64,000 bases of DNA. Source: Octopus sinensis (Eukaryota). Below the pieces are notes generated by a model. That model saw only the letters and a list, made by a program, of their open reading frames with translations, did not search any database and was not told the origin of the DNA. The first letter of the stretch is position 1, and every line of letters begins with the position of its first letter. Below, in pieces: positions 1-12,888 of the stretch. Both the position numbers and the translations under genes were made by a program. Location of the stretch: contig NC_043006.1 in assembly GCF_006345805.1 (NCBI RefSeq), positions 30,628,001 to 30,692,000 of the forward strand. Direction: 5' to 3'.

Positions 1-472
1 AGTCAACCTTGGAGTCCATGGTTATTAGCACTACTACTTGTCCCTTTGCAAATCCCATCATCATCATCATTATCATCATCATCATCACCATCACCACCAT
101 CATTATCATCATCACTGGCATCATCATCATCATCATCATCATTACTGGCATCATCATCATCATCATCATTTATATATAAATATATATATAAACAGATAAA
201 GAATGTGGGTACAAACTGTTAACTTCTAATTTTTTTCCTCTTTGACTAAAAAAAAAATTCTTTTTAATATTTGATAAAGATGGATACATTGAAACTGGTT
301 ATATTTTAAATCACTCACTCTAACAAAAATATTAAACATTCTCTAAAATATACTTCTGTGCCTTTTCCAACTTACTTTTTTCACCATAATTTTAAATTTG
401 TATGGACTGTTAACCCCTTTTCAACTATATTTGTAAAGCCAAGTGAAGTAATAGTTGTGGTTGTTGTTGGTG

Positions 473-822
473 TCACGTAACGGGCACCTGTGCTAGTGGC
501 ATGTAAAAAGCACCTTTTGAGCCTAGGGTCTCATGGAAGCAATAATAGATGACCAAGACCTCTGGTAATAGGCTGTGCTTGAGAAGAAAACCCATCAAGC
601 CAAGTGAAATCATAGTCATGGTAGACACTGGTGTCACACTACTGGCACCCATGCCAGTTGCACGTGAAAGCACCCATTACACTCTGCTGAGTGGTTGGTG
701 TTAGGAAGGTTATCTAGCTGTAGAAACCATGCCAAATCAGACTGGAGCCTGGTGCAGCCCCCCCCCCCCCAGCTTACTAGCTCTGGTTAAACTGTCCAGC
801 CCATGCCAGCATAGACATCATA
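473..822 (+). mobile_element. SINE/RTE-3'-end family with (GAT)n tail
   Basis: Shared core ttaggaagggcatccagctgtagaaacc...ggagcctggtgcagcc...ccaacccatgccagcatgg. Other copies at about 3735-3938, 5255-5495, 8308-8480, 9630-9835, 10530-10750, 19640-19868, 27845-28160, 34855-34995, 41040-41285, 52550-52720 and 58770-59025. Confidence 0.75.
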
Positions 823-884
<62 letters not shown>

Positions 885-982
885 ATAAGATTAGCTCGTA
901 TACGAGTGGGTATATATTTGTAAAAAATGAAGTTCGAAAATGCTGCTATATTAGACAAATTTTTAATTTTTATATATACATT

Positions 983-1032
983 ATTTATTTAACATGTTTC
1001 GGTTCTTGAAATGATGAACCTTATCAAAAAAA
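983..1032 (-). ncRNA. Minimal type-I hammerhead ribozyme motif, U3-A8 variant, in the Penelope 3' region
   Basis: Minus strand: UUGAUAA, stem II GGUUC/GAACC, GAA, palindromic ACAUGU, U17. Stem I is weak and AU-rich. Confidence 0.6.
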
Positions 1033-1328
1033 ATTATATATAAAAAAGATAGTTCATGCTATCAAATATAAAAAAATTCATATATAATATACAATAGAGT
1101 CAGACATCAAAAGTTCATATATAGTGAAGTGAATTCATGCTATATGTTTAAATAGTATGATGTAGTAGTTCATAGTGGTGATATGCATTCAATATAAAAA
1201 ATTGATGTTCTTGAAAAAGCGAGGAATTCATTTTAGATTTTACCTTGAGTAACTGTGATGACTTTTGGTCGGTGTCCGCTCGGACAGTGCTGGCGAACCT
1301 TGTGAATTGTTTGGGTTTTATATCACCT

Positions 1329-1640
1329 GTTAGGTGGCCAGTCCAGCGGAACGTGACGTCATCAACGTTTTGACCAATCGTTTCGTTAGGTGGCTAGTCA
1401 AGCAGAACAGGACGTCATCAATATTATGACCAATCAGAATTGGGTCCGACCTATAGCTGTATTAGATCTGCCCCTTGTCTGTATCCCGTTAGGTGGCCAG
1501 TCCAGCGTAATGAGACGTCATCACTGCTTTGACCAATCATCCCGTTAGGTGGCCAGTCCAGCAGAACGAGATGTCATCAATGTTTCGATCAATCAGAATC
1601 GGGTCTGACCCTTAGCTGTATCGTATGTGGCCAGTCCATC
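1329..1640. repeat. About 56-bp tandem repeat (4 units plus a partial) containing GACGTCA and CCAAT motifs
   Basis: Units start gttaggtggccagtccagc at about 1329, 1385, 1488 and 1544, with a partial at about 1627. Confidence 0.85.
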
Positions 1641-1785
1641 AGGATTAGATCTGTTCGATGAGATCTTTTTATAAATTTTTTTCCCCTTTTTTCCTTAGGC
1701 ATATTTCCGGCAGTGTGAGTGACTGTTTAAGGTAGCGGCCGTGGTGGAATTTCGCTTCTCCTTTTCGGAGGACCAATCTTTTGTT

Positions 1786-2260
1786 TTAATATTCCTGGCC
1801 CAGGGTGTTTAAACTTGGTCTAAATTTTTTGATGAAATACAGTTCTTTATTTTGGCGTTGCGTGAAGGTTGCGTTGTCACTGAATTTATAAAGCGGGTAA
1901 GTTGTAAATTTCAGATTTACATTTCCAGCACATCTATCTATGTGTCCGCTGACTGGTATTTTCCGGTATTCAGGGTTTCTAATTTGGGATTTATGCACCG
2001 CCATCCTGTTACGTAAGCTATTTTTTGTATGGCCTATATACTGCCTATTGCAGCCTGCGCATGTTATGCCGTAAATTAAGTTTTCTGATGCGCAGGTTGA
2101 AGTTTGCTCTAATGGTGAACTGATGGCCTTGTTCTAGTATAAATTCTGAACCTTCTATCAAGATGACACAGATTCCGCAGTTGGGCCTTCCACATTTTCT
2201 AACTGCTGGTTTTGTGGTTGATGTTGAGTGCAGTTTAGCTTGGGTTAAAATCCTTTTCAA
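1786..2260 (-). pseudogene. GIY-YIG endonuclease remnant of the Penelope element
   Basis: CGRPNCGIC, then after a +1 shift CASENLIYGITCAGCNRQYIGHTKNSLRNRMAVHK...HIDRC...KELYFIKKFRPSLN*. Confidence 0.88.
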
Positions 2261-2677
2261 GGATTTTGGTTGCCGTTTACTTTTAATGATGGTGTGTGTG
2301 TTTCGAGGATCCGGTTCATCTTTGGGTCTCCCTTTAGTAGGGCTGTGCTTTGTAGTATGGTGCTGAAGGCCTCATTGTTGAGTGGGTTGTGTGTAGAGAT
2401 GTAGGGAAGGGTTTTTAATTGTTCTTTCTTTTTTGGTTTTGTTTGTCTCAGGTCTTCTATACTTAATTTGAGTGCCCTTTGGATTGCACTGTCTATTAGG
2501 GGCTGTGGATAGTTTCTATTTGTGAGTGTGGTTCTAAATTCCTGGAGACGTGTGTGTCGGGTGTTTGTGTCTGATATTATGGTGCAGATCCTTCTAGCTA
2601 AACAAAAAGGGACATTTATTCTAGTGTGTCATGGGTGGCATGAATCAAAGGGTAGGTATTGTTTGGAGTCTGTCGGT

Positions 2678-3559
2678 TTATAGTAGATATCTGTCTCTAT
2701 GTTTTTTGCCGGTTTTCTTAATGAGGATGTCTAAAAATGGTAATTCTTTTTCGTTGTGATCCATCGTGAATTGTATATTATCATTTATTCCATTTAATAG
2801 TATTTTAAATTCCTCAAGTTTCTCTATACCTTTGTCCCAGATGATGAAACAGTCATCGAGGTATCTTTTCCAGTTGTTATGGATATAGGTGGCGAAGGTG
2901 TTTCCAAATTTCTCGAGTGTTATCTGGTAGAGTATTTTCTCGAGGTATCCCATCACTAGGTTGGCAAAAGATGGTGCAGTACGCGTGCCCATCGCTGTTC
3001 CCGATCTTTGTCTGTAGAAATCATTGTCAAAAATAAAATAATTGTTCTCTAAAATAAATCGAAGTCCTTCTATTATAAGGTCTTTGTTTATGCGAGTTGG
3101 GAGTTCAAAGGGGTAGTTATTCAGCCAGAAGGTGATCGCTTCTATTCCTAGGTTGTGAGGGATGTTAGAATAAAGATTAACTACGTCGAATGATACTAGA
3201 AGGGTTTTCTCATTGACTGTTTTGGGGAGGTGGTTGAGCATATCTATATCGTCTCTTACGTAGCTTTTGATGTGTTTTAGGAAAGGTTTAAGAAGTGTGT
3301 CTAAGAAATTGCTGAGGCGGTGAGTCTCACATGCTGGCCCTGCTATTATCGGTCTAAGTTTATGATCATTTGGTGAAGGGATTTTGATGAGTATATCGGT
3401 AGATGTTTTGCACGTTTCTCTAATTATTTGGCTTTTGTGTACTTTAGGGATACCATAGAACAAACTCGATTTGCATTTGAAGTTAGTGATGTATTCATAC
3501 TCCTTGTCCGTGAGTCCTTCTCGGTATGTGTTGATTAATGTCCTTGTGAAGAATCGCAC
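2678..3559 (-). pseudogene. Penelope-type reverse transcriptase remnant
   Basis: Motifs FYGIPKVHK, LRPII, LVSFDVVNLYSNIP, GTAMGT, RYLDD, ELPFLD. After a homopolymer frameshift near 2705 it continues as IETDIYYKPTDSKQYLPFDSCHP*HT, with an in-frame TGA. Confidence 0.9.
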
Positions 3560-3593
3560 GAGTGGAAATATATATGAAAGAAGGTTTTATATA

Positions 3594-3643
<50 letters not shown>

Positions 3644-3693
3644 TATATAAAACCTTCTTTCATATATATTTCCACTCGTACGATTCTTCACAA
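3544..3693. repeat. Near-perfect inverted repeat centred on (TA)n
   Basis: ttgtgaagaatcgcacgagtggaaatatatatgaaagaaggttttatatatgc is mirrored by gcatatataaaaccttctttcatatatatttccactcgtacgattcttcacaa with one mismatch. Confidence 0.9.
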
Positions 3694-3701
3694 CTTTACT
3701 T

Positions 3702-3768
<67 letters not shown>

Positions 3769-3989
3769 TGTCATTTAATGTCTGCTTTCCATGCTAGCAT
3801 GGGTTGGATGATTTCACTGAGGACTGGCGAACCAGATCGCTACACCAGGCTCCAATCTTGATCTGGCAGAGTTTCTACAGCTAGATGCCCTTCCTGATGC
3901 CAACCACTCTGAGAGTGTAGTGGGTGCTTTTACGTGCCATATATATATATATATATATACACACGCACACTATAATAACAGTAGAGCAG

Positions 3990-4480
3990 AGTGTTCTGAA
4001 GGTGTAGTCACAAAAATAAGAATAAGATGGAGATAGTTTGGAGAGCTATTACCTCTATTGGCAACAAAAGGCCTCCGTGTTCTTCCCCACTCTCTCTCCC
4101 TCCCTGCTCTCTCTCACTGAATGAAAGGAAGATTGTATGATGCTTGTGTATGAACAGCAATGCTACATGGTAGTGAAACATAGGCCCTGAATGCTGAGGA
4201 CATGCGAAAACTAGAAAGAAATGTGTTGGCTGTGCAATGTCATTGTGCATATATGACAAAGTGCGAAGGTATTGAGAGAAGAGTTAGGCATAAGAGGAAT
4301 GAGATGTAGAGTACAGTAGAGAAGACTCCAACCAGTGGCTGCAACTTGTGGAAGAGGGAGACCCAGAAAGACATGGGATGAAATATTGAAGGCTGGTCTT
4401 AAAATGCTGAGATTTAGGGAGATGACAAAGGACCAAGATAATTGGTGATAATTGCTGTGCTTGAGAAGACCCATACACCA
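3990..4480 (+). mobile_element. Decayed RTE-clade LINE 3' fragment
   Basis: Broken frames resemble the RTE RT C-terminus: RIRW..F.ELLPLLATKGL...KGRLYDACV.TAMLHGSET.ALNAEDMRKLERN. Confidence 0.7.
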
Positions 4481-6357
4481 CAGCTAAAAAATGGTACCCT
4501 AAAAGCCCCTTGCTATGCTTGTACCTGTGGTGGTGCCTTGCCCTACCTCCACTCTCCCTTCTCAAGAAATCACCCCATCTCACTCTTTAACATTCACTGC
4601 TTCTCTTTCAATGATACGGTTTGGCTGCTGCAATCACCTGAGAACGGAATAGGAATGTAATTTTGTGCCCTTTCTGCTCTCATTATCATCCCTTCCCAGA
4701 TGCCTCTGCCATCCTCAATATATCAGTTGTCATTCCCAGCATCCTCCCATGTCTGCCACCCTTTACTATAACCACCCTTAAGAACCTTTACATCTCTCTC
4801 CCCACACCTCCACCTCACTCACCATGTCCTACTTCCCCATATTTATCATCCATCAGCCGCTCCTATCTTTCTTCCTGTACCCCACCCTCATACTGATATT
4901 TCCCATCAAGCCACACTCCCACTCCTCTTCATTGCTCACTACATTCCCCTCCACCTCCATCCCTAACCATCTGGTACTCCCCCTTCCCACCCCTATAACA
5001 GTTTCCCTACCCCTCCTCATCCACTACCCATATCATCTCTTGCTTCTTCACAGTTTTGCTCTGGCACTCCATCATTACCATCTTATCTTCTTCCCAGATA
5101 CTCCCACCCACCCTTATGTAAATGCAGGGTAGCCATTATATCATCTTTATAGCTAGACACTTCTGACTCTGCTTGTTCCTGGCATAATCCCTTTTCTCCA
5201 TCTTCTCAACCCCCCGCCCCACGACTTGGTTGAGAGGGTTGCTCCCTTTTTCCCCTTCTACTTTTCCTGCCCTTTCCTGTCTTGCAAGTCTCTTGGCAAC
5301 TCCACTAGTGCTGGTGCCCACATTAAAAGTACCCAGTACACTCTGTAAAGCGGTGGGTATTAGGAAGGGTATCAAGGAGTAGAAATCGTGCCAAAACAAA
5401 CAAATGGAGTGTGGTACAACCCTGCAGCTTACTGGATTCTGTTAAACCAGTCAACTCATTCCAGTATGGAAAACGGACGTTAGATGATGATGCTGATGGT
5501 GGTGGTGGCGGTGGCTTGGCGGCGGCGGTGGGTTTACTTTTCTTTGCTCAATCTTGCTTGAAGGAAGAGGAAGGCACTTTTCATAAAAAAGTGTAACCAA
5601 TTTTGAGTGAGAGAGGGAAAAGAATCAACACCAGTATTTGAATGATATTCTGCTTATCAACCCTGAAAGGGTGAAAGTCAAGTTAATGCTTTTAGGATTT
5701 GATTTCAGAATGCAAAATGTTGACACAGTTATCACAAGACAATGCTCGACAGATCTGCTGTTTATTGTCAGGCCTTATGTTAAAACAGAAGAGAGCACTT
5801 AGCTGAGGTAGAGGCATGTTATCAATTCTGGTTGATGATGCTTCAGTAGTATGAATACCATGGGTGACTATGATAAGGACATGTAACTATCTACCATGCT
5901 ATCAATATATTGGTTTCAAATTTTAGCACAAGGCCAGCAATTTCAGGGGAGTGGGTATGTTGATAACATTGGCCCTGGTGTTCAGCTGGAACTTATTTAA
6001 TCGATACTGAATGAATGAAAGGCAAAGTTGATCTTGGCAGCATTTGAACTCAGAAATGTTGCTAAGCATTTTGCCTGACTTGCTAATGGTTCTGCCAGCT
6101 TGCTACCTTATTTGGTATTAATGTATTACCACAATATAATAGTGTATTACAACCTAGTTTGGTAAGGGCATGTTACCTTGTGTTTTGGTGTTCATCCATT
6201 TCTTTAGTAAAACTGGTTGTTGTGTTTCAGTATTGAGATCAGGTGTGTGTGTGTGTGTGTGTCTGAAATTCTTTAATGTGATGGAAGAATATTCCTATAA
6301 TGAAGAGATGCTGCTGCTGATGATGATTAAATTGTTATATTCTTTATTTACTTCCAG

Positions 6358-6511
6358 TGCTTGACACAGCTGGACAAGAAGAGTTCAGTGCCATGCGGGA
6401 GCAATATATGCGTACGGGTGATGGTTTCTTGCTGGTGTTTTCTGTTACGGATCCACACAGTTTTAACAGCATTACAAATTTCTACACACAAATTTTGCGG
6501 GTAAAAGACAG
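6358..6511 (+). CDS. MRAS: M-Ras GTPase, internal coding exon (switch II / G3): (V)[50 protein letters not shown](R)
   Basis: Acceptor cttccag at 6351-6357 and donor gtgagt at 6512. 154-nt open exon, phase 1 to phase 2. [19 protein letters not shown] is the R-Ras/M-Ras signature. The P-loop exon was not found in the window. Confidence 0.95.
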
Positions 6512-7040
6512 GTGAGTTCTACCCATCCCTTACCAAACAGTAAAAACTGTCTGATTGGTAATCACCAACCCACTCCATTGCTACTCAGAAATGAATGTTT
6601 TAATTATTGTTTTGTTAGATACAGCACTAAATCATCCTAAAAAACTGGAATAAACAGGTGTTGGGGTGTAGAAGCTGTAAAATAAGGTTTTGTAGTGATT
6701 TGAAATCAAATCCCTGGATATGCAGTCAGACAAGTAAACCATCATAGTTTTACGCAATTGGTCTATTAACCAACCAACCAGCTTGAAGCAATGGCATGAG
6801 CAAGCCCTCCACAGACCCGTGTACCCTTAATTAGTTCTCAGGGAGATTCAGTGTGACACAGAATGTGACAAAGCTGGCAATTTGAAATACAAGTACAACT
6901 CATTTTTCTCAGCTGAGTAGACTGGAGCAATGTGTCTTGCTCAAGGACACAATGTGCTACTTGAAATTGAACTCATGACCTTACAATTGTGAGCTGAATA
7001 CCCTAACTACTAAGCCACGTGCCTACGCACGCACGCACAC

Positions 7041-7076
<36 letters not shown>

Positions 7077-8070
7077 TAAAGTATATAATACCAATTTCAA
7101 TTTGTGAAAAAATTCAAAAACAATGTCGGACACAAAAATGTCAGAGTCGTCTCCCTTTATGCCCAAAATCATCAAAACGCTAAACTTGTCAAAAGATAGT
7201 TTGGATGTTTTTCTAAAAATTACTCGGGAGAGAAGCGATAGTTTCTATGACCTATTCAGGCCTTCCCAAGCACGGGATATGATGTAATCCAGTTTGAACG
7301 TCTATAGGTCAATGTCTTCAGAAAAAGAATGTGAGGAGGCGATGACGGGCTCAAATGCTTGTGACAAAAATACCCAGACAAGTTAGTGATTTTTAGACTG
7401 GGCCGTTCGTTAGGGTTGGGGCTAAGGGGCTTAATTCCTTCCCTGGGATCAACTAAACCCAGAGAAAAGTTACAGCTGAGATAAATTAATAGGCACGCTC
7501 GCATGCATTGCATGCAGGAAATTGGAAATAAAGTTAGAAAATCATTGATATTAAATTCAGCATATGTTATTTTTGGTTGGAACAATTTAGTAATCAGTTA
7601 AAGAAGGACTTCTAACCATTCTAGGGAGTTGGTGATAACAAGAATGAAGCCCATCAAGATGTCAATTGATGGTACATTGTGTTCTTGAGCAAAACACTCC
7701 ATTTCACATTTCCCATTGCTCTAATCCACTCGGTTCTGAAAGAGCTCCAAGAATAGCTGGAAAGCGAACTCTGTGAAGGTTTGGTGTCCTGTCCGAAGGA
7801 TTTGGCCATAACCTCAGCTCCTTTTAATTCTGTGGAAACAAGATTAAGCTTTGGCTTTGGGGTCTAGGGCTTAGGGGTTGATGCTGTTGACTTACCCCAT
7901 CCCGAAACTGCTGGCCTTGTGCCAAAATCTGAAACTAATTTAATAATTATACAATTATAACAAATGTAGTTTTGTCATAAACACTCCCTTTTAAAGCTAC
8001 TTGTCAAGTTTACTTGTTAACCACCTGTGTTTTATTCACTATTTCTGTTTTATTTTTCTTCTTTTTCTAG

Positions 8071-8170
8071 AGATTCCTATCCAATGCTTTTAGTTGCCAA
8101 CAAAGTCGATCTTGTCCATCAACGGAAAATCACTGAAGAACAAGGAAGGGATCTTGCCAACCAGCTCAAT
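8071..8170 (+). CDS. MRAS: M-Ras exon (G4 NKxD): [33 protein letters not shown]
   Basis: Polypyrimidine tract ending ctttttctag at 8070, donor gtaaga at 8171. 100 nt, phase-compatible with both neighbouring exons. Confidence 0.95.
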
Positions 8171-9474
8171 GTAAGAGACCTGGCTGTAATATTTATCCAG
8201 GCTTGCTTGTTTGCACATACACACACACACACACGCTCTGTCTGTCTCTCCCCTCTCTCTCTCCCTTTCTTTCTCTCCCCTCTCTCTCTCTCTCTGACAT
8301 GCACACACATCATCATCATCATCATTTAATGTTTCTTTTCTATGCAGGTATGGGTTGGACAGTTTGACAAGAGCTTAGGCTCCAGTTGTCTGTTTTGGCA
8401 TGGCTTCTTTGACCGGATGCCCTTCCTGATGACAACCACTTTACAGAGTGTACTGGGTGCTTTTTACGTGGAACCAGTAGGGTTGCCAAGTAGCTTGCAA
8501 GACAACAATCTTTCAACTGAGAGAGAGAGTGTGTGATATTTAATTAAAAAATCTTTTTAATTGAGGCATCTTTGTTCATTTCTCTCTCTTTCTCTTCTTT
8601 CTGTTGAAGAATGTTGGCTCAAAACAAAAAGATTTTTCCTTCTAATTTTCCTCAGTGTAAACCTGATACATTCTTTGTGCTACTTTACCTTGTTTTTGTG
8701 CTTTATATAATTTTTGCACCACATAAACATATATATACATATATTTTTTTCAAAATGTAACTACATGTGGATTATTGGCGATTTTTTTTTCCTCCATCTT
8801 CTTTTTCTCTTGGACTTTCCTGTTTCTGAAGAAGAGCTTTGCTTGAAACTTAAAACAACTTTTTTTTCCTTCCCTAAGCATCTTTTAATACTTTGCATGT
8901 ATCACGTCCTTGCGTTGCTGTTTTTTCTTCATTTTTTTTCATTAATTAGGGCTGAAACATGTAAAAGAATAAAAGAATATATATATATATTGATATCTGT
9001 ATCTCTGTCTGTTTGTCTACATACACACACTTTCTTTTACATTGTTACATTTAAAAGGATGATCATCTTAGCTATTTATCTCTATGCAAGTCAGTTATAC
9101 ACTGGGGTCAATGTAATCATGTCACTCCCTCCCTACCATCTTCTAGCTGTGTGTCTATATTACATACAGTCACTATCATTAGGTGATGATGATGATGATG
9201 ATGATGATACAATGACCGAGTGCTAGAGACACTGGAACTTGTATTTATGGACCATAGCTGGAATCACCTAATGTGCTTAAGCAGGATATTCAACTCCCCT
9301 TATCTAATAAATCTTTTTTCTTCTTTGCACATGTTAAGTTCTCAACAAACTGAGTCTGTGATCTCATTTCTATTCTTGGCTTCAATTATTTCCATTTCTT
9401 AATGTTTCTTTTTTCAATATTGTAATAATTAAACAATTATCATTTATTTATTTTTTAATTTCTTTCTTTCTCAG

Positions 9475-9554
9475 ATCCATTACATAGAAACCAGTGCAAA
9501 AGACCCACCCCTCAACGTCGATGCAGCATTCCATCAAGTTGTCCGAATTATTCG
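9475..9554 (+). CDS. MRAS: M-Ras exon (G5): [26 protein letters not shown](R)
   Basis: Acceptor tctcag at 9474, donor gtaagt at 9555, 80 nt. [12 protein letters not shown] (with the PP insertion) is characteristic of M-Ras. Confidence 0.95.
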
Positions 9555-12500
9555 GTAAGTGACTTCTTTTTGAAAGGAATTTGCAAATATTTGATCAATG
9601 TTAACTTGTCTTCACACCATCCTGAATATCACCATCATCACCATCATCATCATTTAATGTCTGTTTTCCATGTTGGCATAGGTTGGACGGTTTGACAGGA
9701 ACTGGTAAGACCAGGGGTTGCACCAGGTTCCATTGTCTGTTGTGGCATGGCTTCTGCAGCTGGATGCCTTTCCTTGTGCCAACCACATTACAGAATGTAC
9801 TAGATGCTTTTTATGTGGTACCATCACCAGTGCATGGCAAAACTCTGCCACCCAACCAAAGAGTGTGTGTGTGATAGTCTTCCAATCACTGATGCATGTT
9901 TTTCAGGACATTGTTGGAGAACTCAGCAAAAACTTGTTAATGATGCATTGCTGTAGATCCACCTGATGAAGATATACACAGGACGACCATTATCAACTGG
10001 TCCTGTATGGACATTGAATGTTGTTCCTGATCTCCGTGTGGGTCTGTAATGGCTATTATCAACAAATTGGGCAAATTTGAGCAAGCTTGACCAGATAACT
10101 TGGCATAGAAAATGTAAAAATGAGTTATTTTATTAAAAATGCATATAAATTTTTTATCATTTTCAAAATTAAAATATCCAGATATTCCAAGCATAGTCAT
10201 GGAAAGGCTGTCTGCCATGGAGTAAAGGTTTATCTCTCGACAATCAGAGGCTATGATATTGTTTTATTGAAGCCATTTGATTTCATTCAAGTTTAAAATA
10301 AACTGTGAACATCAGGACATCCTGTATTTTTGTCCACTAAAGATATAAGAAACCAATCTATTAAGTTAAGTGCTATCTCTCAAAGTAGATGGAACACATG
10401 GAAGTGGGAGATCCAGGAAGACATGGGATGAAGTACTGAAGCATGATTTCAGTACACTGAACCTTTCAGAAGAGATGACAAAGGACCGAAATGCCTGGTG
10501 CCTTGTTATGCTCAAGAAGACCTGTATGCCAAAATGATTGGCCTGCAAGAGTCCTGTGCTGGTGCCATGTAAAAGCATCCAGCACACTCTGTAAAATGGT
10601 TGGCATTAGGAAGGGCATCCAGCCATAGAAACCCTGCCAAATCAGACTGGAACCTGGTGCAGACCCCTCGCCCCCAGCTTGCCAGCTTTGATCACACCGT
10701 CCAGTTCATGCCAGCATGGACAACAGACGCTACATGACGATGATGATGTATAGAGTTAGGTGAAATAAACATCAGAAACACTTCGCTCCTTGCAGAAAAT
10801 GCAGGAGCTCCTCAGAGGTTTTGCAATCTCTTTTAAATGCATTGCAATGCTGGAAACCTTTACGTATCATCAGCAAGTATCTCAGGGTCATAAGCGTTTC
10901 GTCCCTTAGCCTTTCCACTTCACCTGAATGGGGGCAGCAAGGACTGAGCCAGTTTTTACCTATGGAAGGGTTCCACTTGAGGTCTTTTATGAACCATAAG
11001 CTATGCTGAGCTAGTTTCAGCTGCCAGGCCCATTATTTCCTTGATGGCTGTCTTCAGTTGTCTGGGTTCTAGACCTATCTTCTGCAGGAAATAGCACACT
11101 AAACTAGATGGAAAGCCACAGCAGCTGACTGATGGCTGGAAGCCATCACTTGAAACAAGTTTAAAAGAGAGAGATTCAGTTAACCGGAGTTCTTGATTTT
11201 ATTATTGATGGTCATCAAAATGAAATACATAATTATGCTGGTTTCATTTTACAGATACTGCTCCTATTTCATTTCTGTTGTTGTTTAGCCCTAGGTCAGA
11301 CCTGATCAAGCACATCTGTGATCAAAGACGTTCCAGCCATGACCATCGCTTCGTTTTGTATGTCTAGGATTTGATGTAAGGGGAAAATTTAGATGCTTTT
11401 CTCTCATTTAAGACTGGAGAGTGTGGTTTAAGAGATGTAGAGGTTCTCTCCCTTGTCAGTTCTTTTTATTTCATATTTGTATGACTAACTGGAAGAAAAC
11501 TGCATAAAATAATAATGAATGAAACTATTGTATACAATGCTCAGGTGCACCACAAGTTTAAATATTTAAACTTACAATTTTTAAAAATTATTTTACTGAC
11601 ATCTACTTTTCTATGCTGGCATGGTTGGATGGGTTTTTTTGCAACCAGATGATAGCCTTCTTGTCACTAAATCTTTAAGTCATCTTTTTATGATAGGGAT
11701 GTGATGTACCACTTCTAAAACTGAATTCTAGCATAAGTCAGGACCGATTCCACTGCTTACCTTTACATTAATTTAACATCCTTGATACAAAGAAAATCAC
11801 AACAAGCAATTTTAGGCTGCCTTAATTAAATTTAACCAGCATTCTTATGCAAACTTGATTTTTTTTTATATTAAGGATAATCTCAGAAATGGTAAGTTAT
11901 TGATGCTTGGTAATTATTAAGACTCTCATTCATAATATAATCAGAAAGGAATATTTGTGTGCTGTGATGTGATATAAGCTGCACGTCACATCTCTGCACA
12001 TCAACAAACAATTCTTCTAATCTTATAACAATTATTAACTGCTAAGAAAATTCCTTCCAACAGTGTTGAATTTTTGGGTCAAGAATTTTCATGTTTTTTA
12101 TATTCCATTGTCATTGATTGCTGTGGTACTGAAGTCATTGCTTTAGATTATGTTGTTACAAAATAGATACATACCATGAGTTGGTACAATTGATCACTGT
12201 GAACCAGATGCATTGCAGTATAACTTCAAAGAGGAGGAAGAGGAGGAAAAGAAGAAGAAGAAATGCTATGGTTATGTTGATACCATTATATGACTGGTGC
12301 TCTATTGACTGCATGAAATGTGATACATTTTTGTCCTTCAGTTCCTCACTTTATCTACCCGTATGTTATGCCTTATAGGAGCATTGTCTTTCTTGTCAGA
12401 GATCCTGAAACATGTTGTCTAAGAGTTCAGTCTCTCTGCAACCCATTCAACAAAATAAAGCTAAGCCGAAGAGGAAACATCGACAGGGTCACTCAATCTG

Positions 12501-12888
12501 CTAGAAATGGAGCCACATCTCCCTCAATCACACTTTATCATCTTAAAAAGAAATATCGATTTCACATTTTGGCACAAAGCCAGTAATTTCAGGGTGGGGT
12601 TAGGATAATTTGATGACATTGATCCCAATCTTCAACTGGTATTTATTTTATTGACCCCAAAAGGATGAGTGGCAAAAGTCGACTTTGCAGAATTTGAACT
12701 CAGGATGTAAAGACACACAAACGGCTGCTAAGTTTTGCATCATTGATCTGGCTGATCATTGCTGATCTATGACTTAATCATTCTCAAATAAGGAAGAATA
12801 AACAACTGTTTCATTTGCCTTTTCTGCATTTTTCAAAAAATGTTTTTTTCCATTGATTTGTTTTTGTTTTTTTTTGTCTGATTTTTAG

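Larger units (their letters stand above)
880..3550 (-). mobile_element. Penelope-like retroelement (RT + GIY-YIG endonuclease), 5'-truncated and inactive, lying between (TA)n tracts
   Basis: RT remnant, GIY-YIG remnant, a 3' region with tandem repeats and a hammerhead motif, and (TA)n tracts at 821-879 and about 3600-3640. Confidence 0.9.

Noticed and set aside
1329-1640. Regularly spaced repeats as a CRISPR-like array
   Set aside because: The units are contiguous, degenerate tandem repeats without unique spacers, in a eukaryotic retroelement with no cas genes.
3544-3580. UUGUGAA...GGAAAUAUA in the palindrome arms as a further U3-A8/U6 hammerhead
   Set aside because: Stem II has two mismatches and no stem I can be formed.
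1-6357. Search for the MRAS first coding exon (P-loop GxxxxGKS)
   Set aside because: No such sequence was recognised; the exon is presumed to lie upstream of the window.
7076-7590. Possible MITE or Helitron in an MRAS intron
   Set aside because: The composition differs from the flanks, but I could not identify TIRs, a TSD or a 3' hairpin-CTRR end.
9963-10010. CTGATGAAG followed by a hairpin
   Set aside because: No correctly placed GAAA or NUH and no stem I.
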